This document shows, one piece after another, positions 24,300 through 38,400 of a DNA stretch of 64,000 bases; position 1 is the first letter of the stretch; each line of letters opens with the position of its first letter. A model generated the notes under the pieces. The model was not told the origin of the DNA and ran no database searches. It was given only the letters and a program-made list of their open reading frames with translations. Origin of the DNA: Lingula anatina (Eukaryota > Animalia > Brachiopoda); the NCBI GenBank assembly GCA_051362555.1, contig CM120640.1, forward strand, positions 71,340,788 through 71,404,787, written 5' to 3'. The position numbers and the translations under genes were made by a program.

Positions 24300-25800
24300 T
24301 TATGATTGTGTGGATCTTTTCTTATTCCACAGCCTGCACTCTGTGACGTCCACAGGAACTTTTATGTCGATTTTCCTAACGTTGGTTTGCACCGGCTTTT
24401 GATTCACACGAGAAGATTTATTCTCCCTGCCCGCATTCGGGCAATCCAGTTTATTGAGAAAATCGTCTGTTGCACTTCCAGATTGCACCCATGCCCGCAC
24501 GAAGGTGTCTGTATCCGCCCCGACGCCGTTATTTGGCAGCTGAGCACGTGCTGGGAAATAGCTGACATCGCCGGGTAGATGGCTAGGAAGTCGATAACCG
24601 GACACAGTGTTCTGATCAACGTAATTCCTTGACACGTTTTTAGGTTGTGGAAAACTCAAAGATCTCGAATGTTTTGTAAACGGTTTCTTAACGTACAGAA
24701 GGTCTTTGTGGGTGGCTTTCTTCTTCATTAGTTTTAGGGCACCTGTCACAAGTTCAGGTAGTTCTCTCTCCAGGTCTGTTCTACTGGGTCTGGCCACCTT
24801 GGACGACACACCCCCTTCATCAGGGAAGTTGATGAACCTGGAACCACAGTGATCCGCTTTTAATTTTCGGTCAATATATATCAATGCAAAATATTTCAAG
24901 GGGCATTTAATTCGAAGAGCAGGGGGGGGGGGGGAAATTAGAAAGACAATGACAACAGGAGTGTCACATGAAAGCTATTGTTCTTTCTATAATCAGGTTA
25001 ACGCATTTATGCGCGTCTTTGTCGATAACTACTTTGTGCAGTGGTGATATTTTAAGGGAATCAATAAAACTGCGTTTTATTTAGTCTATTAACTATATAG
25101 AATAGTGTTGACAGAGCGTGGTAGCATTCATCAATTGTTTTGATAACAGACTTCAGTGATCCTATTGATCTGAACTGAAAGCTCTCTTCTTCCTACCAAC
25201 TCAACAAAATTGTCATCGTGGTCAATTCAGCTGCGGAACTGGTTCTTAATACTAACTTCAACCTGCGCAGTAAGATAGCTGTGTCCAGGTAAACATAGGA
25301 GAGTAACATAATAGAGTCTATTACACCTGACATGTAACACCACTGTGAAGAGGTAACGTTAATTCCAGGTAGAGGAAAAGAAAGTAAATATGTGCAACAA
25401 TAATAATAATGTCAACTCGAAATGTGATACGAATCTCGGTAAACAACAGTTTTTACTTTTTACGCTTCTTCTACAATAGTGAGCGCGTTGGTTTTGGCTG
25501 AATTATAATATTGTTATACTGGCAGCAAACACGTTTCAAGTGGTGAATGGTATTTTCACAAATAAACTTATTCCAATTAAGATTCTAGATAAGAGTTCTT
25601 AAACATTCGGTATTACGCGTGACCTTTAGCAAATAAAACTTTTCAACTAAGGAAGTATTGAATAAATCATATCGGACCGAGGGCATACGCATACTGTGTT
25701 AATTGTTGAGCATTCTTCAGCTATGGTAAATAACGTAATGAACGCAGACCGCTTTGTTTGCAAACTTACACAGAAACTCTGCGCGAAGAAAATCTCGGTA

Positions 25801-25869
<69 letters not shown>

Positions 25870-26223
25870 AGACGATTAAAACTATGTCAATGAATAACTG
25901 AGCAGATTAAAAAATTAATACCTGTAAGACATTTTCTTTTCCAATCGTTTCCGAGGGAATTCAAAGAACCCTAGTTGAGGATTCTGGCCCGGCTGTGGCG
26001 CCTTTTCTCTCCTATTGGTTTGTACCTGCCGCATGAGAGGGGGTACTGCATCCTCCTCCTCTCCATCCCTACCCCCCAGGGGCGTGGCGACCTGAAGCTC
26101 TCTTAGCCAGTCCTCTGTCAGCACGATATGGTGGTGCATGTATTCCTCGTCCTCCTCCTCTGTCCTGGCCGCGTCCTCATGGCGGCGGTGACGGCGAGGA
26201 CAAGACGTCTGCTTAGCTGTCAT
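24300..26223 (-). CDS. Uncharacterised 279-aa protein; exons 26223-25922 and 24837-24300
   Basis: Two ORF-track ORFs join in frame: TAC AG|gtatta ... ggttccag|G TTC ATC (SYR-FINFP). Coding-like composition in both exons; no recognisable domain. Confidence 0.7.
25806..25867. repeat. (TA)n microsatellite
   Basis: Uninterrupted TA run. Confidence 0.95.
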
Positions 26224-28226
26224 GGTCGACCACTAACATCGCCATGTAATCTGACGTTCCTGTCTCGCTTAAAACACCTGTAGTAGTCAATGTTCAGTCT
26301 CTGGGAATTTCTTCTCGGCTTTTTTTGTATTATATCATATCCTGTCATTTATCGTTTACATGATAAAACTGTCCACGGCCTTCCGTCTCTCTGATGTGAT
26401 CTAAGAGTATCAGCTTACCTCACGGTAGTTTACAAAGAGATAGAACAATCCTCCCACCCCTTGTCTCCAGGAACGTTACTTCTGACAAGTTACAATGGCG
26501 ACATTTGATGGAAAACAGTATCAACTGAACAGGCACACGGTGATGCCGTCATAGAGATCGATGCGCTGTTGTTTACTTAACGCCCCAGACTGGAGAGATT
26601 TCGATCTGCGTTCAACACCATTGAGACGCTTTTAGCAATAAATTACTCTCAACCTGTGATCAATTCGAACCTCATCCGACCACTTGGTAGACAAGTGTGT
26701 ACTTTCTGAATAATAATCTAATCATTTGGATGTCGAACATACTAAGAAGTTGTTCCCAATATTAGTTGATTTCTGTAATATTTATATTTTTTATTGAGAG
26801 AAAGAAAGATTTCGCATTGGATTGTTTGATGTATGTCGATTCCCAGCTCTCACGCAGTATGTTTCAAATTTTCTATGGTGATATTCTACCTGAAAATTGA
26901 AACCATGAAACAAACATGACAGGTTTTCCCCGTCATTTTGAAGACTTTTCCTGCAAGAGTACCACGCTGTTCATCATATTTCTTTCAGTCGAGAACACCC
27001 GAAGTTGGAAAAGGTTTTGAAAAACCGACACTGTACTTACCTTTTCGAATGTATATTCAAATTAAAATTTAGTTGGAACATACGTGTACTTTTATACGCA
27101 TCAGCGATGTTATAAAATAAAGTCCGACGCACGACTTTTATTTCGCGTTTCCTTCTAAACCACATTATTAAATGTTGTACAATGTTGTTGTAACAAAACT
27201 GCTTTTATTTTCATATTAGTTTCCAGTATTATAACAGCGTCTATGTAGTACGAGATGCCGACGAATACCCGTCATAATTCTAAATATCGTGAGCACGTCA
27301 TTTCACTGAATACTACACGTTCTATTTGTAAAAGGCGAGTTAACAGCACACCAGCAAATAGACCTAATATCGAAAAACTACAGTACTGGATGAAAAACTG
27401 CCACAATGGTATTCGAGCTCTCTATAAATTATTTCAAGGTACAATCGCATGCACGAGATAGAATACGAACATTTTACGTTCATGATGAGAAACGGCGCAT
27501 GTTATGACTTCTTATGGCTAGAACAGTCTATTGATCACCCCTGCTGATATCATCACACTATGCCATGTCGGAACACGTAGTCAGGGGAGTCTTAGGCTGC
27601 AGCCACTGTGTTATAACGTGGGGAAATCGTATTATCTCACACGTGGAAGCTCCTCGTGGGTGGATGGCCCCGAGTAACTTTGTTGTCAGGCTTGTATCAT
27701 CACGGAAATTTCACCAGCCGACCTAACATTCTACGACCGAACTTTCCAACCTAACACTCAGACCTGACACTGTGCGACCTGCTGTTCGCACAATGTCAAC
27801 AGTCAAGACTGACACTATTTCACGTCAAATTTACTCCCTGGATTCTGGTACACAAATAATATTTCATTACATTTCCACGAGAACTATAAAATAGATTTAC
27901 AGTGCCTTTATGTCTCCATATTTATAAAATATGGTATTTCTACCAAGTCTCATCGGCACGTTTCTCATATTGCTCTGAAATCTCTGCACCATAAATAACA
28001 ACTCAGTCCAAGTTAATACACCAACAGTTTGGTTTCACAGCAGTAGTTTATTCTCAGGGAGGAAGCCCACGCAATAAAACTGGTTCATTTCATTACGGTG
28101 CGTGTAATATTGCACCTTGGGACTGTCCTGATGCCATTTGGTGCTTGTTATACCAGCTGGACGCCCCACCAGACCACGCACTAATGCATGCACACATACA
28201 TGCACACATACTGGTAGTATACTATA

Positions 28227-28748
28227 TCATGTTGTCTTTGGTTTACTGGGGAAGTAAGATGACACCAGGGGGGGCTGTGGTCGTGGGTTCAGTTTCGGCA
28301 CCACAACTTGCTGACTGAGTCTGGTAGTTTTCTGGAGAGGTATCTCAGCGGCCAGCTGTGTTGTAGGTGGCGTTGTGGTCTGTGGGGTCATGTGACGCAG
28401 GGGGACAGTGGCCTGTCCTGGCTGGAGGTACTTCTGGCTCAGAGGGGGGTCACTACAAACACAAAACAACACTGGTATAACAGCTTTGTGGAGCCAACAC
28501 AATGATTTACGGTCTATCCTTCATAGATATTTTACAAAAATATTGCTACAACACATTATGTGTAATCAAACAGAAAAAAATCAATGGCAGTTTCAAAATA
28601 CTGAAGTATGCGAAAATAATTATTTCTGGAAATTTCATTGTCTTAAATCTTCCTTACTTACAGTAAACGGAATGCATGTCATGTCTTTTTTAGAGAAACC
28701 TTACTCTAAAATGAATTTTTTTAGCCAAGTAAAAGAAATAGGGTCTGA

Positions 28749-28808
<60 letters not shown>

Positions 28809-31800
28809 TATGTCACATTCAAACTAATTCCAGTTTGGAATTAGACAAAAAGTGTTGATTGCTCCATGCAAGGAAAATTCTCATATCTAGACTCAAAAAT
28901 TACCCCATGTGCAGAAATCCCAGAAACAACCCCTTTAATAATCGACTTTTTAAAAAATTGAATTTGTCTTACTTTTCTTTGTTTTGCCTGTTTTGCTGCC
29001 TTCCCTGTTGTGTGTTAACTGGACTAATCTCCTCTGGTATAGGTGGCACTGGGGTGCTCTTACTCACAGGACCATGGGTCTGGACTGGCTTGTACTGCAC
29101 CTACAGAATACATGCTAAGTAGCTTACTGAGATAAAGGCTTTATACTGATGATACAGGTGGTTTAGTAGTGCCCTTACTCACAGGAGCCCAGGTCTGGAC
29201 TGGCCTGTACTGCATCTAGAGAATACATGCTCTACTGGGTTGTCCTATATTGTTAACTTACCTGTGGCTGTAGTGGTCTACTGGGATGGTGGGGGACAGT
29301 AGGAGTGGGCTCAAAACTGGGACGCCCTATACTGCTGACTGCTGGAGTGCTAAAGTTGTGCTGCAAAATAATAATAATAAAAAAAAAAATTAAACGGACA
29401 GAAATCACAGCTCAGAAATACCAGAGAATTACACAGACAGCATAAATAATCATGATATAAATATAAATGGCATCTTCACCTTCAAATGCCATGAAATTGC
29501 CATGCAGTCAACAAGGCTATCAAATCTAAGCTTTGGGGCAAAATCTATCAACAAGGAATAAATAATAAATGACCTTAACTCACCAGCTAGTCAGACTGAA
29601 GTATAAGTAATAAGTGGTTAACTCACCAGAGCAGAGCCAGTAGGTCTGAAGGAACTTCCACCTGATGACGGCATCTCAAAGGTGCCATGTGTCAGTTTCT
29701 GCTGCCCTGAGAGCTGGGAATCTGTGACCTGCTTATTCAGCCAGTTGATCACTATAATATATCAAATAACTTCTTTTGAAACCAGCAATAAATAAAAAAA
29801 AAGTTCTTTTTTAAAGATACAGATTTCATTAACCCCAGGCAGATGTCAAGTTTTATTCTGAAAGGTTTTCGAATCCCCTACAAAATAATTACACAATTAA
29901 ATTAGAGCCTCTTTTAATGTAGGGTTCTGACCATTCAAAGAAGTAGATGACTCTTTTACTTAAATTATAAAAATATAGTAATATTTCTAGTAAGTCAACT
30001 AACTTAATATCAATGGTTACCATTTTCATTTGTTTTAATTATTTGCCTGCTTTCCCCCAGTTTCTGTGTGGTAGTTTCTAAAGTTTCATTCAGCTTCCTG
30101 TTCTCTTCCTCTCTCTGTCTCAGTGTCTCCTTCAACTGCTGATTATCTGCTGTAGTCTTCTGGATGGTATCTTCTTTTTCTCCAAGAAGTTTTTCTTGCT
30201 CTGTGGTTATCTGATTCCTTAGTTTGAGCTACAGAATATTTACAAAACATCCCTTACAATAATTTTAAGAGAAGTAAATTTTAGGGTTTCCAAATATCAA
30301 AGCACATTTACATATAGCAAATAGTTCTCTTAAGAGCAATCCAAGATGATATTTTAGCAGTTTTACTGAATTACCTTCCAACTAATAAAGAACAATATTC
30401 CTGTCCACCCACCTTCCCATGGTAGGCTTTGATTTCTCCCTGAAGTTTCTGTATTATCTGGTTGCCTTTGATCAGCTCCTCAGACATGGCTTTTGTAGAC
30501 TGTTCAAACTTTACTATTTGCTGTTGCTTCTTCTTGATTTCTTCTTCATACTTGTGCTAAAATAGAATTATAATCATATCATAAAAATGCATTTTATCAA
30601 AGTGTTTTGTGAATGAACTTTAAATAAAACTTTGTTTATTTGACAATGTGAACAGAACAAACATCATCAATCAGATCCCCTGTCTAATCAGCCTAACACA
30701 ATCAATGTTCACACCTACCACAACCAGTTGTCACACCTACCACAACCAGTTGTCACACCTACCACAATGACCTGTTTCTTACCTTCTGTTCCTGCTCAGA
30801 TCCCAGTAAATCTGAGGACCTGGCCAGCACCTGATCTTTATCTTTCAGCTCCTGCTCCAATACAGCAACTTTAGTCTTTAACTGATTGATCTGCTTTTCC
30901 TGTTCATGATAATCTGAGTCCAGAGCAGAGTTTTCTTTACGAAGATTTACAAGTTCTTGTTTCATGTGATGATGTTCATCCTCTAAGCTGCTCAGCTTGG
31001 ACTTCAGTTCTCGTATCGTTGCTTCTGACTTGTACTTTCTGTCTGTCAAATCCTGTAAACAAATGAATTAAATTATCTTAGGTTGATAATGATTTCAAAT
31101 ACTATGGAATTTAAACTTGACAACACTTTGACATTTTATGCCCCAAAACATGTCTACTTATCAAAATTTTGACCCAATGTAATAATCTCCCTGCTACTCT
31201 TAACTAGAATTCCCCCTTAATCAATATTTGTACATCATTGAAACAAAGTGTGGTAACAAAACCCAACCTTGTTCATGCTCTCTAATTCATAGAGCCTGGT
31301 TTCTGTTTGCTGGACAATCTTCATGTGAGCTTGCTCCAGCTCCTTCCTCTCCCGCTCATACCTCTGCTGGTAGGAACTCTGTAACTGAAATCATCAACAA
31401 CAGCTGCTGAAGTGAATTGTAAAAGACAACATATACATGTGTGTAAAACATCAAGGAAGGATTTGGATAAAACTGATGACTGCATCTGACTTTTTAAGAG
31501 CACCTCAACATAGTCTGACCAGAACAACCCTGTTACTCACTTGCAGTGCCTTTTCTCTCTCGGCTGTCATTTCCCGTGCGTGCTGATTGGACAGGCTGTT
31601 GGTCTTGGACGTCCAGTCTCCTTTCAGGTTGTCCAGCTCCAAAGTTCTAGCAGACAACGCCTGTAACAGCACACAGTTAACAAACATTTATGTTTTGCAC
31701 TCACAGCACATTTCTTTTCATTAAATGATATTCTACACGATGAAGATGACCAATTTACAGCAAGCTATCACCACATTTGCTTTTTTGGTTACTATTGTTA

Positions 31801-34800
31801 ATTCACTGGAATGTCAAATCACCAGTCCTGAAAGTTTGAAGTTGCGTTTGTACTGCCACAAACCTGGTAACATTTAAGATTAAGTTTGAATGGAAAAATT
31901 ACCTGTTGTGTCTGGTGAAGCCTTTGCTTCAGCTCCGCCTCCGTTGTCTCCAGTTTTGTCTGCAGACTGGTATATTGGTCCTGGAATTACGTAAATATTA
32001 ACTAACCAACAAAATAATTAGATATATTCTTCCATGCAAATATCCACCAAGAAGTCTTTACAACTTATTTTATAAATGTCCAAATTATAATTCTGAAATG
32101 TTTGCCAGTACAGATTCCCTGTAATAGAGACACGGCAGAACTTATACCTTTAATAATTTTAAACAATCGGCCAGGTATTTCTTCACATCAGAGTCTGCCC
32201 CAGGCACCAGTCTCAGAGACAGGTGGGTCAGGTGCTTGAATGGGTTGGTCTCTATCACATTTAAACTGGCACATGTTTTGTCTGAACTCACTAGATGTAA
32301 TATAAACCTGGAGGTGAGAAGGAAAGCAATACCTATGATAATACATGCATGAGAAATTTCATAATTACTTCATAACATTGAAACCATATAAAACTGACAC
32401 AGGTTGAATTCAAAAACATTGCTTCCTGGATAAACAAATGTCCACAAACCAACAACCACATGACATTCAATCTTGTCTATATCGCTAAATTATTTACTCC
32501 TCTTCATGCAAATGGGTAGATGCAAGGCAGATCTTTCTATACAACGTACACAGTATTTCATGTTAGAATTATAATGTAACTGTTACATACATCTTCTAGA
32601 CCCCCCCCAAAAAAAGTGACAAGCCACCATTCAGCCCATGTCAATTGATAGATAAGGATGCAGACGCTTAGCTATGCTACAAAATTAAAGGGATAATAAC
32701 TCTTCGTATGAGTTCTACATTTCACAATAAAAACATTGTGAACAACTCACAGAAATATAATATATTCTCTTTTACCACAAAAATGGCAGTTATAGCTATT
32801 ATTCTTATATCTGAGCTTGTCTTTAGACCACGTGACCTCCATAGATGGCTATACTCTGTTATAATCTCTTAAGAGATTATAACAAAAAAACAAACTTTTT
32901 AGAAAAAAACAGGGAGTAACTTTGAATGTAAAAATGGATTTATAAACCATTGGTAAGTATGGGAAAATTGTTGTTTACTCCAGGGAAATTCATTTTTTGG
33001 CCAAAACGAAGAGTTATTATCCCTTTAATGTATATAAATTTCCAAATTACCATATTAATATAGCGTTAGCTTGCCGTATGTAAAACCTTACTTTGGTGAT
33101 TCTTTGTGCTGTTCCTGCAGACACAGCTCCAGAAGATCCACAAATCTCTGAGGAAAGGCACTGAAGTCCACCAGTAGGCCCTGCTGTGCCTTTAGGCTGC
33201 AATATGGAATGTCAACATTCAAACAATGACCAATACAATTCACTTCACACCAATAATAAAAATGCTTTTGACTTTGATGACTTCTTTTTACAAACATTAC
33301 CAAAATAATAATAATAATATAAATAAATAAATAAATAAAATAAAATAAAAAAGGTCCCATAACAATGTGCACATTACCTCTGAAAGTCTTCTTCATTCAA
33401 CCGTAGTGTGTACAAGAAAAAGAGGTCAGTTTCATCTGTAAGACGGACAACCAGCTCCTACGGAGAACGTAAACATGCTCATAAAATCAACAGTGACACT
33501 CTGAAAAAAGTGACACTTCGCAGAAAATGTGCCAGAGCTAGAATTTCAATGTATCAACTGGAAAGTTATCAAAACTTTGGAGGTCAGCAAAATGAATTCT
33601 GGGGTAGCGCTAGCAATTTTTTACGCTTAGCCAAATCACCACATTTTCGTCAATTTGTTAGCCAAATGACTTTAATTTGACTAAAATTAGTCAAATCAAG
33701 CCCTTTTTGTTTAGCCAATTTAAGTCAGTTTTAGCATTTGGCTAAATTTGCGAGTGTTAGCGCTACCCCAGGAATATAGTGTTAGAAGCATGGTTTAAAT
33801 TTCAGTTGAAGCATATGCTTCAAAATAATCTTTTTAGTCTATCAATTCCCTTTACAGGCAATGCCTAATCAAAAAGATTTTACCTTGGTATGTATTGGTG
33901 ATGTGATAGAATGCATCTCAAGGGTTATCAATACTGTCTGCTTCCTAAAATGGCAATTTAACATCTATTAAATAATAACATTGACAATGATTGTTCAAAA
34001 TAACACAAATATCTTTGGTTTAATTTTTAAAGTCGAAAAAGTATTCTGTTTCGAACAATTGCATTGTATCGTAAATGTGCTGTTTCAACTTTCGACTGTT
34101 ATTTCAACTTTACATAGACAAATACGACCTTGCATGTTTATTTTATTTGGGTCTTTGCTCTATGTTAATGTTAGAGGTTCGTTTGTGCTTTGACATAGCG
34201 ATCCGTTCAACCCAATTAGGTAGATCACAATCCGCTAGGGGCGCTACAGTCGTAACTGTCCACGGGCAGTGAAGTGTAAAACTGAAGTCGGCCTGCTGAC
34301 AGTTCGCCTATGGAACCCCTTTTTTAAATCTCTCTTTTAGCGCCGCGTAAAAAAACTAATACAAGCCATTAACTAAATAAGTTGTAAATCAAAGAGTAAA
34401 ATCCGGTCACGTGATTTTCCCATGTTGCAGTCTTTGACAAGTTTCGGTTCTGCTTGTTTTAAGCTTTGCCTCTACAAAATGATAAAAAATTTCAGTTAAG
34501 TGCTGGTATCATCTTTTTGAAATTTATATCCAGCAAAGTTTATGAAATTTGCTATATTATGTAGAAAAATCATGAAATTTGAAGGTTGCGAAGTATAGTT
34601 AATTTAATCCGCAATATTACATGATGTGAAAATTACCACAGGGAAATAGCTTTGCCCTGATTAGTCACAGGCTATGTGAGCCAGACAATAGGCTGAGCAC
34701 ACAAAGACACACAGGGTGCTCTGCTGCGCCTGAGTGATCACTGCTGGTCAGTGGGCACAGGTTTTGAGCTGAGAAGTGTGGACACTTTTGGTGGATTTTT

Positions 34801-35065
34801 GCAGTTAAAAAACTTCAATATCTTTGTTACTTGTAGGAATATTTAAAAAATTCCAAATGATTTCATCCGGTTTTTGCATTACCTTTCAGATGATATAAGT
34901 ATTTTAATTTTCTGATCAGTTTGAAAATTTTTCTGATATACCTAACCCAATGACACACGTCAAGTGAGAAGTTTACAGTTACCATTACCTCTCTTCCCGC
35001 TCTGCAAACTTCGCCGTGACAGGAAGAGGCCGAGAGAACAGTTTTTCGACTGCAGAAGACCCCAT
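28227..35065 (-). CDS. SASS6: Spindle assembly abnormal protein 6 (centriole cartwheel protein), multi-exon
   Basis: Exons give [16 protein letters not shown]...EER|KQTVLITLE...PIHTK|[27 protein letters not shown]|[22 protein letters not shown]|...[19 protein letters not shown] (SAS-6 head domain), then coiled-coil exons (30759-31049 etc.) and a P/S/T-rich tail ending [11 protein letters not shown]. Confidence 0.95.
28751..28806. repeat. (TA)n microsatellite in a SASS6 intron
   Basis: Uninterrupted TA run. Confidence 0.95.
29042..29232 (-). repeat. Diverged duplication (115 bp x2) of a SASS6 acceptor plus exon start
   Basis: CTTACTCACAGGA...GGTCTGGACTGGC.TGTACTGCA.CTA.AGAATACATGCT at 29059 and 29174. 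Confidence 0.85.
32689..33024. mobile_element. Kolobok-like MITE in a SASS6 intron
   Basis: TIR AGGGATAATAACTCTTCGT / ACGAAGAGTTATTATCCCT with TTAA on both flanks. TTAA TSD plus purine-purine termini fits Kolobok better than piggyBac. Confidence 0.8.
33599..33771. mobile_element. ~172-bp MITE, copy 1 (TIR CTGGGGTAGCGCTA)
   Basis: CTGGGGTAGCGCTAGC ... GTTAGCGCTACCCCAG; closely similar copy at 35723-35894. Confidence 0.85.
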
Positions 35066-35471
35066 CACAAAAAACTGAAACAAAAGGTTAAATAATGCCA
35101 CAGTTACATTATAAACATCAATCAACTTTGGCGCTCGTCAAGACGGCCATAATTGAAGGTGTCAGTACTTGTCAAGACAAGCTCATATAAACTTCACATG
35201 GTTTCCGTAGCCTTCTCATAATCACTTTGTCTTTTGGAACTGATTTGACAACTTATACACCTTAAATGTTTTTATCAAAAGCTGTCATTGTATAATTGTA
35301 AATCCACTGCGATAATTTCTCTAAGGTTTCTTTGTTTTTCTTTACACTCTATTGACCATCCAAACATTTACCTCGGTTTCAATACTTCTGAATCTAATCG
35401 AGCGGTATTAGCCTCCCGTGCTGACAGGGGCAGTCCCACGTCAGTGCTGATACCCTGATAATGCAGACGTG
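35066..35471. promoter_or_regulatory. Probable bidirectional promoter between SASS6 and the aldo-keto reductase
   Basis: Divergent start codons at 35065 (-) and 35472 (+), about 400 bp apart; CpGs locally retained. Confidence 0.65.
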
Positions 35472-38400
35472 ATGAGCGCCTTGACCAAAACTGTGGTACT
35501 TTCCAATGGGCTGCATATGCCCATTTTCGGGCTTGGTAAGTCTCACATGGATTCAAACACAATCATGTATTTTTGCAGACGAATTCATCGATCTTTTTTA
35601 CATGTACATGTAATTTTATAAATGGAGAAGTCACATATTGAGTAAAAAATCAGATCATAAAAAATTCCAGTGGCTTTTCGTTCCAAAAAGTGAATCATGC
35701 TTGAGAGCCTTACATATATACACTGGGGTAGCGCTAGCATTTTTTCCCCTAGGCCAAATCATCACCTTTTTGTCAGTTTGTTATCCAAATGCTTTTAATT
35801 TGAATAAAATTAGTTGAATCACGCCCTTTTTGTTTAGCCAATTTAAGTCAGTTTTTGCATTTGGCTAAATTGGCGAGTGTTATCGCTACCCCAGATACAT
35901 AACTGAAAGTTTGAAAAAGCTATACACCCATCAAGAGCATTAATCGTATTATCCTGAGCTCCTTCCCAGTAATCAATATATAAATATTTGTATAGATTTT
36001 TATAGTTGTTATAAAGTTGTTATGATTAGAGTAGAGAGCCTGTAAAATGTAACTTGTACACATTTTAGTGCTCAGTAAAAATGATTACATTGAGCACATT
36101 CTACGCCAAGATTTTGAAGCCAAGAGTGATGAATGTCACTACTATATTTCCATGCATGTGTAAATTACTCTGTACCTCTCTCTTTGTTGCCATAATAACT
36201 AACTTGATAATTTCAGGCACCTCACATTTGGGTGGTTACAGCCATTCTGCTGTGGTGTATGCCCTGAAAAACTGCGGCTACAGACATATTGATACGGCAG
36301 AGAGGTACGGCACAGAAGATAAACTACCACTGGCTATCAAGGTAAGTATATTACAGCTGTGTAGACATATTGATACAGCAGAGAGGTACGGCACAGAAGA
36401 TAAACTCCCACTGGCTATCAAGGTTTTGCAGGCCCAAAGGGGGGGGGGAGATTCGGGATGAGTTGAGGTGGGGGTCACATATACCTGCATGTACACTTTT
36501 ATTTCCCGGAAAATGTCCACTGTCAATCAAAAGGTTCTATGCCATTTTTTAAGTTGCGTTGTTTTTCAGAAAAGACACCTCCGACAGTTTGTAATTGCTG
36601 TCTACAAAAGTAGATAGTAAAAAATCAGAAATATCAAGATAAAAGATAGATATAGTTCACAACCTACAAAACGACACCATTTTCAGACTTTTTCCTGATG
36701 AGAAAAACAGTGCTTTTTCATTCTTTTTTTAGGGGATGGGAGGCTTACCATACAGTTTTTTTAATGCCTTCTGCAATCTCTAATTTCTTAAATTGGATAA
36801 GGCATTTTTCTTTTTTATTCCATTCATAGCATGTTTTATCAGCTTGCAAGTGTGCTGACAAGGTTGGTAATATTCTGGGTACATGCCAGCCTGTAGACAT
36901 TTCCATACAATGCAAAGTAATTGAATGGTTTTATTTTCTACAATTATGGGAAATGAAAAGCACAGTAATAACTTGATAAACCAAACATGCCACACCCATC
37001 CATAGATGAGTATCTTGATGGAATGCGCGTACAGTTTCCATGAACAATAACATTAAGGTTAAATGTCTGAGATAGGTGTTGTGATATAGATTTGTGTCTG
37101 CCACAATGTCGATACTCAGTGTAAATGTGAAGTCACACATACATAGTATGGAACATGTTGTGCCATGGCTCCTGTCTAGACGACATGTTCTGTATTAAGT
37201 TTGCTACATTACAAAGAGTAACACTCCAAGGACACAGATGGAGGTGTCTGAGAAAGAAATAGATCTAATTGTAATACATGCAATCTTTGCAAACTTGGTA
37301 CAAACTCCATAAAGTTTGGACCACCTGACTCAGAGCCATGCTCTTTACTAATGACTTCACATTGATTACTGACAATCCTTTGACAACGTTGACATAACAT
37401 TCAGGCATTAAAAAACTAGTCCATCTATACCAGTCTGCGCTAAAACATTTTAGTCTGTTGGTGCCTTTAATTAATTTTTTAGGATTGTAATAAAATATGT
37501 TTAAGGCATCATTGCAGTGATATAATGGAGACATATTGTTTGGCCCACTAGTTATTCTTTATAGTGTCAGACTTTATAGTAATAATTATAGTGCCTTGTA
37601 TGACTAACTCAACCACTGACTTTGAATGGCATGGTTCCAGTTATGGGCATATATAGGTTGCACCCTAGTATTAATCCATATGCTAAAAAATCTTCCTACC
37701 TTGGTGTTCTCTGTTGACATATCTTATGTTTGATTTCTTAATTGACGTATCTAAACATAAACTTTGAAAAAAAATATATTTAATTAATGTCAGATTTAAA
37801 TTAACAAACAGACTTCTTTCATTTTTTAAGGAGAGTGGTATTCATAGAGAAGATATATTTCTGACATCCAAGCTGTGGCCAGCTCATTACGGCTATGAGA
37901 AGACCAAAGCTGCCTTTCACAGCTCGCTTCAGAAAATGCAGACAGATTATCTGGGTAAGTGATGGATTAAACAAACTCAGCATCACATTAATGATAAGTT
38001 ATTTAATCTAACCAGATATTTCCACAGATAATGCTGTTTAATCTGTTAAGTAAAGAAAATGTTTACTAAAGAGAGGTTAAATCTGTCATTCTAAATTTAT
38101 GCATCATGTTTTTTACACTGTACCTGATCCACAGGAGTTACTGCCTAACTGTTTCCTTTGTATTCTGTAGACTTGTACCTGCTTAACTGGAGATACTGCC
38201 TAACTGTTTCTTATATCTATTCTGTAGACCTACTCCTCTTCCACAAGAGTTACTGCCTAACTGTTTCCTATGTATTCTGTAGACCTGCACCTGCTCCACT
38301 GGAGTTGCTGTCTAACTGTTTCCTTAATATTTTGTAGACCTGTACCTGCTCTACTGGAATTGTTTCCTTAATATTTTGTAGACCTGTGTCTGCTGCACTG

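Noticed and set aside
25696-28827. ORFs with IYIYIY runs (25696-25893, 28408-28827)
   Set aside because: Translations of (TA)n microsatellites.
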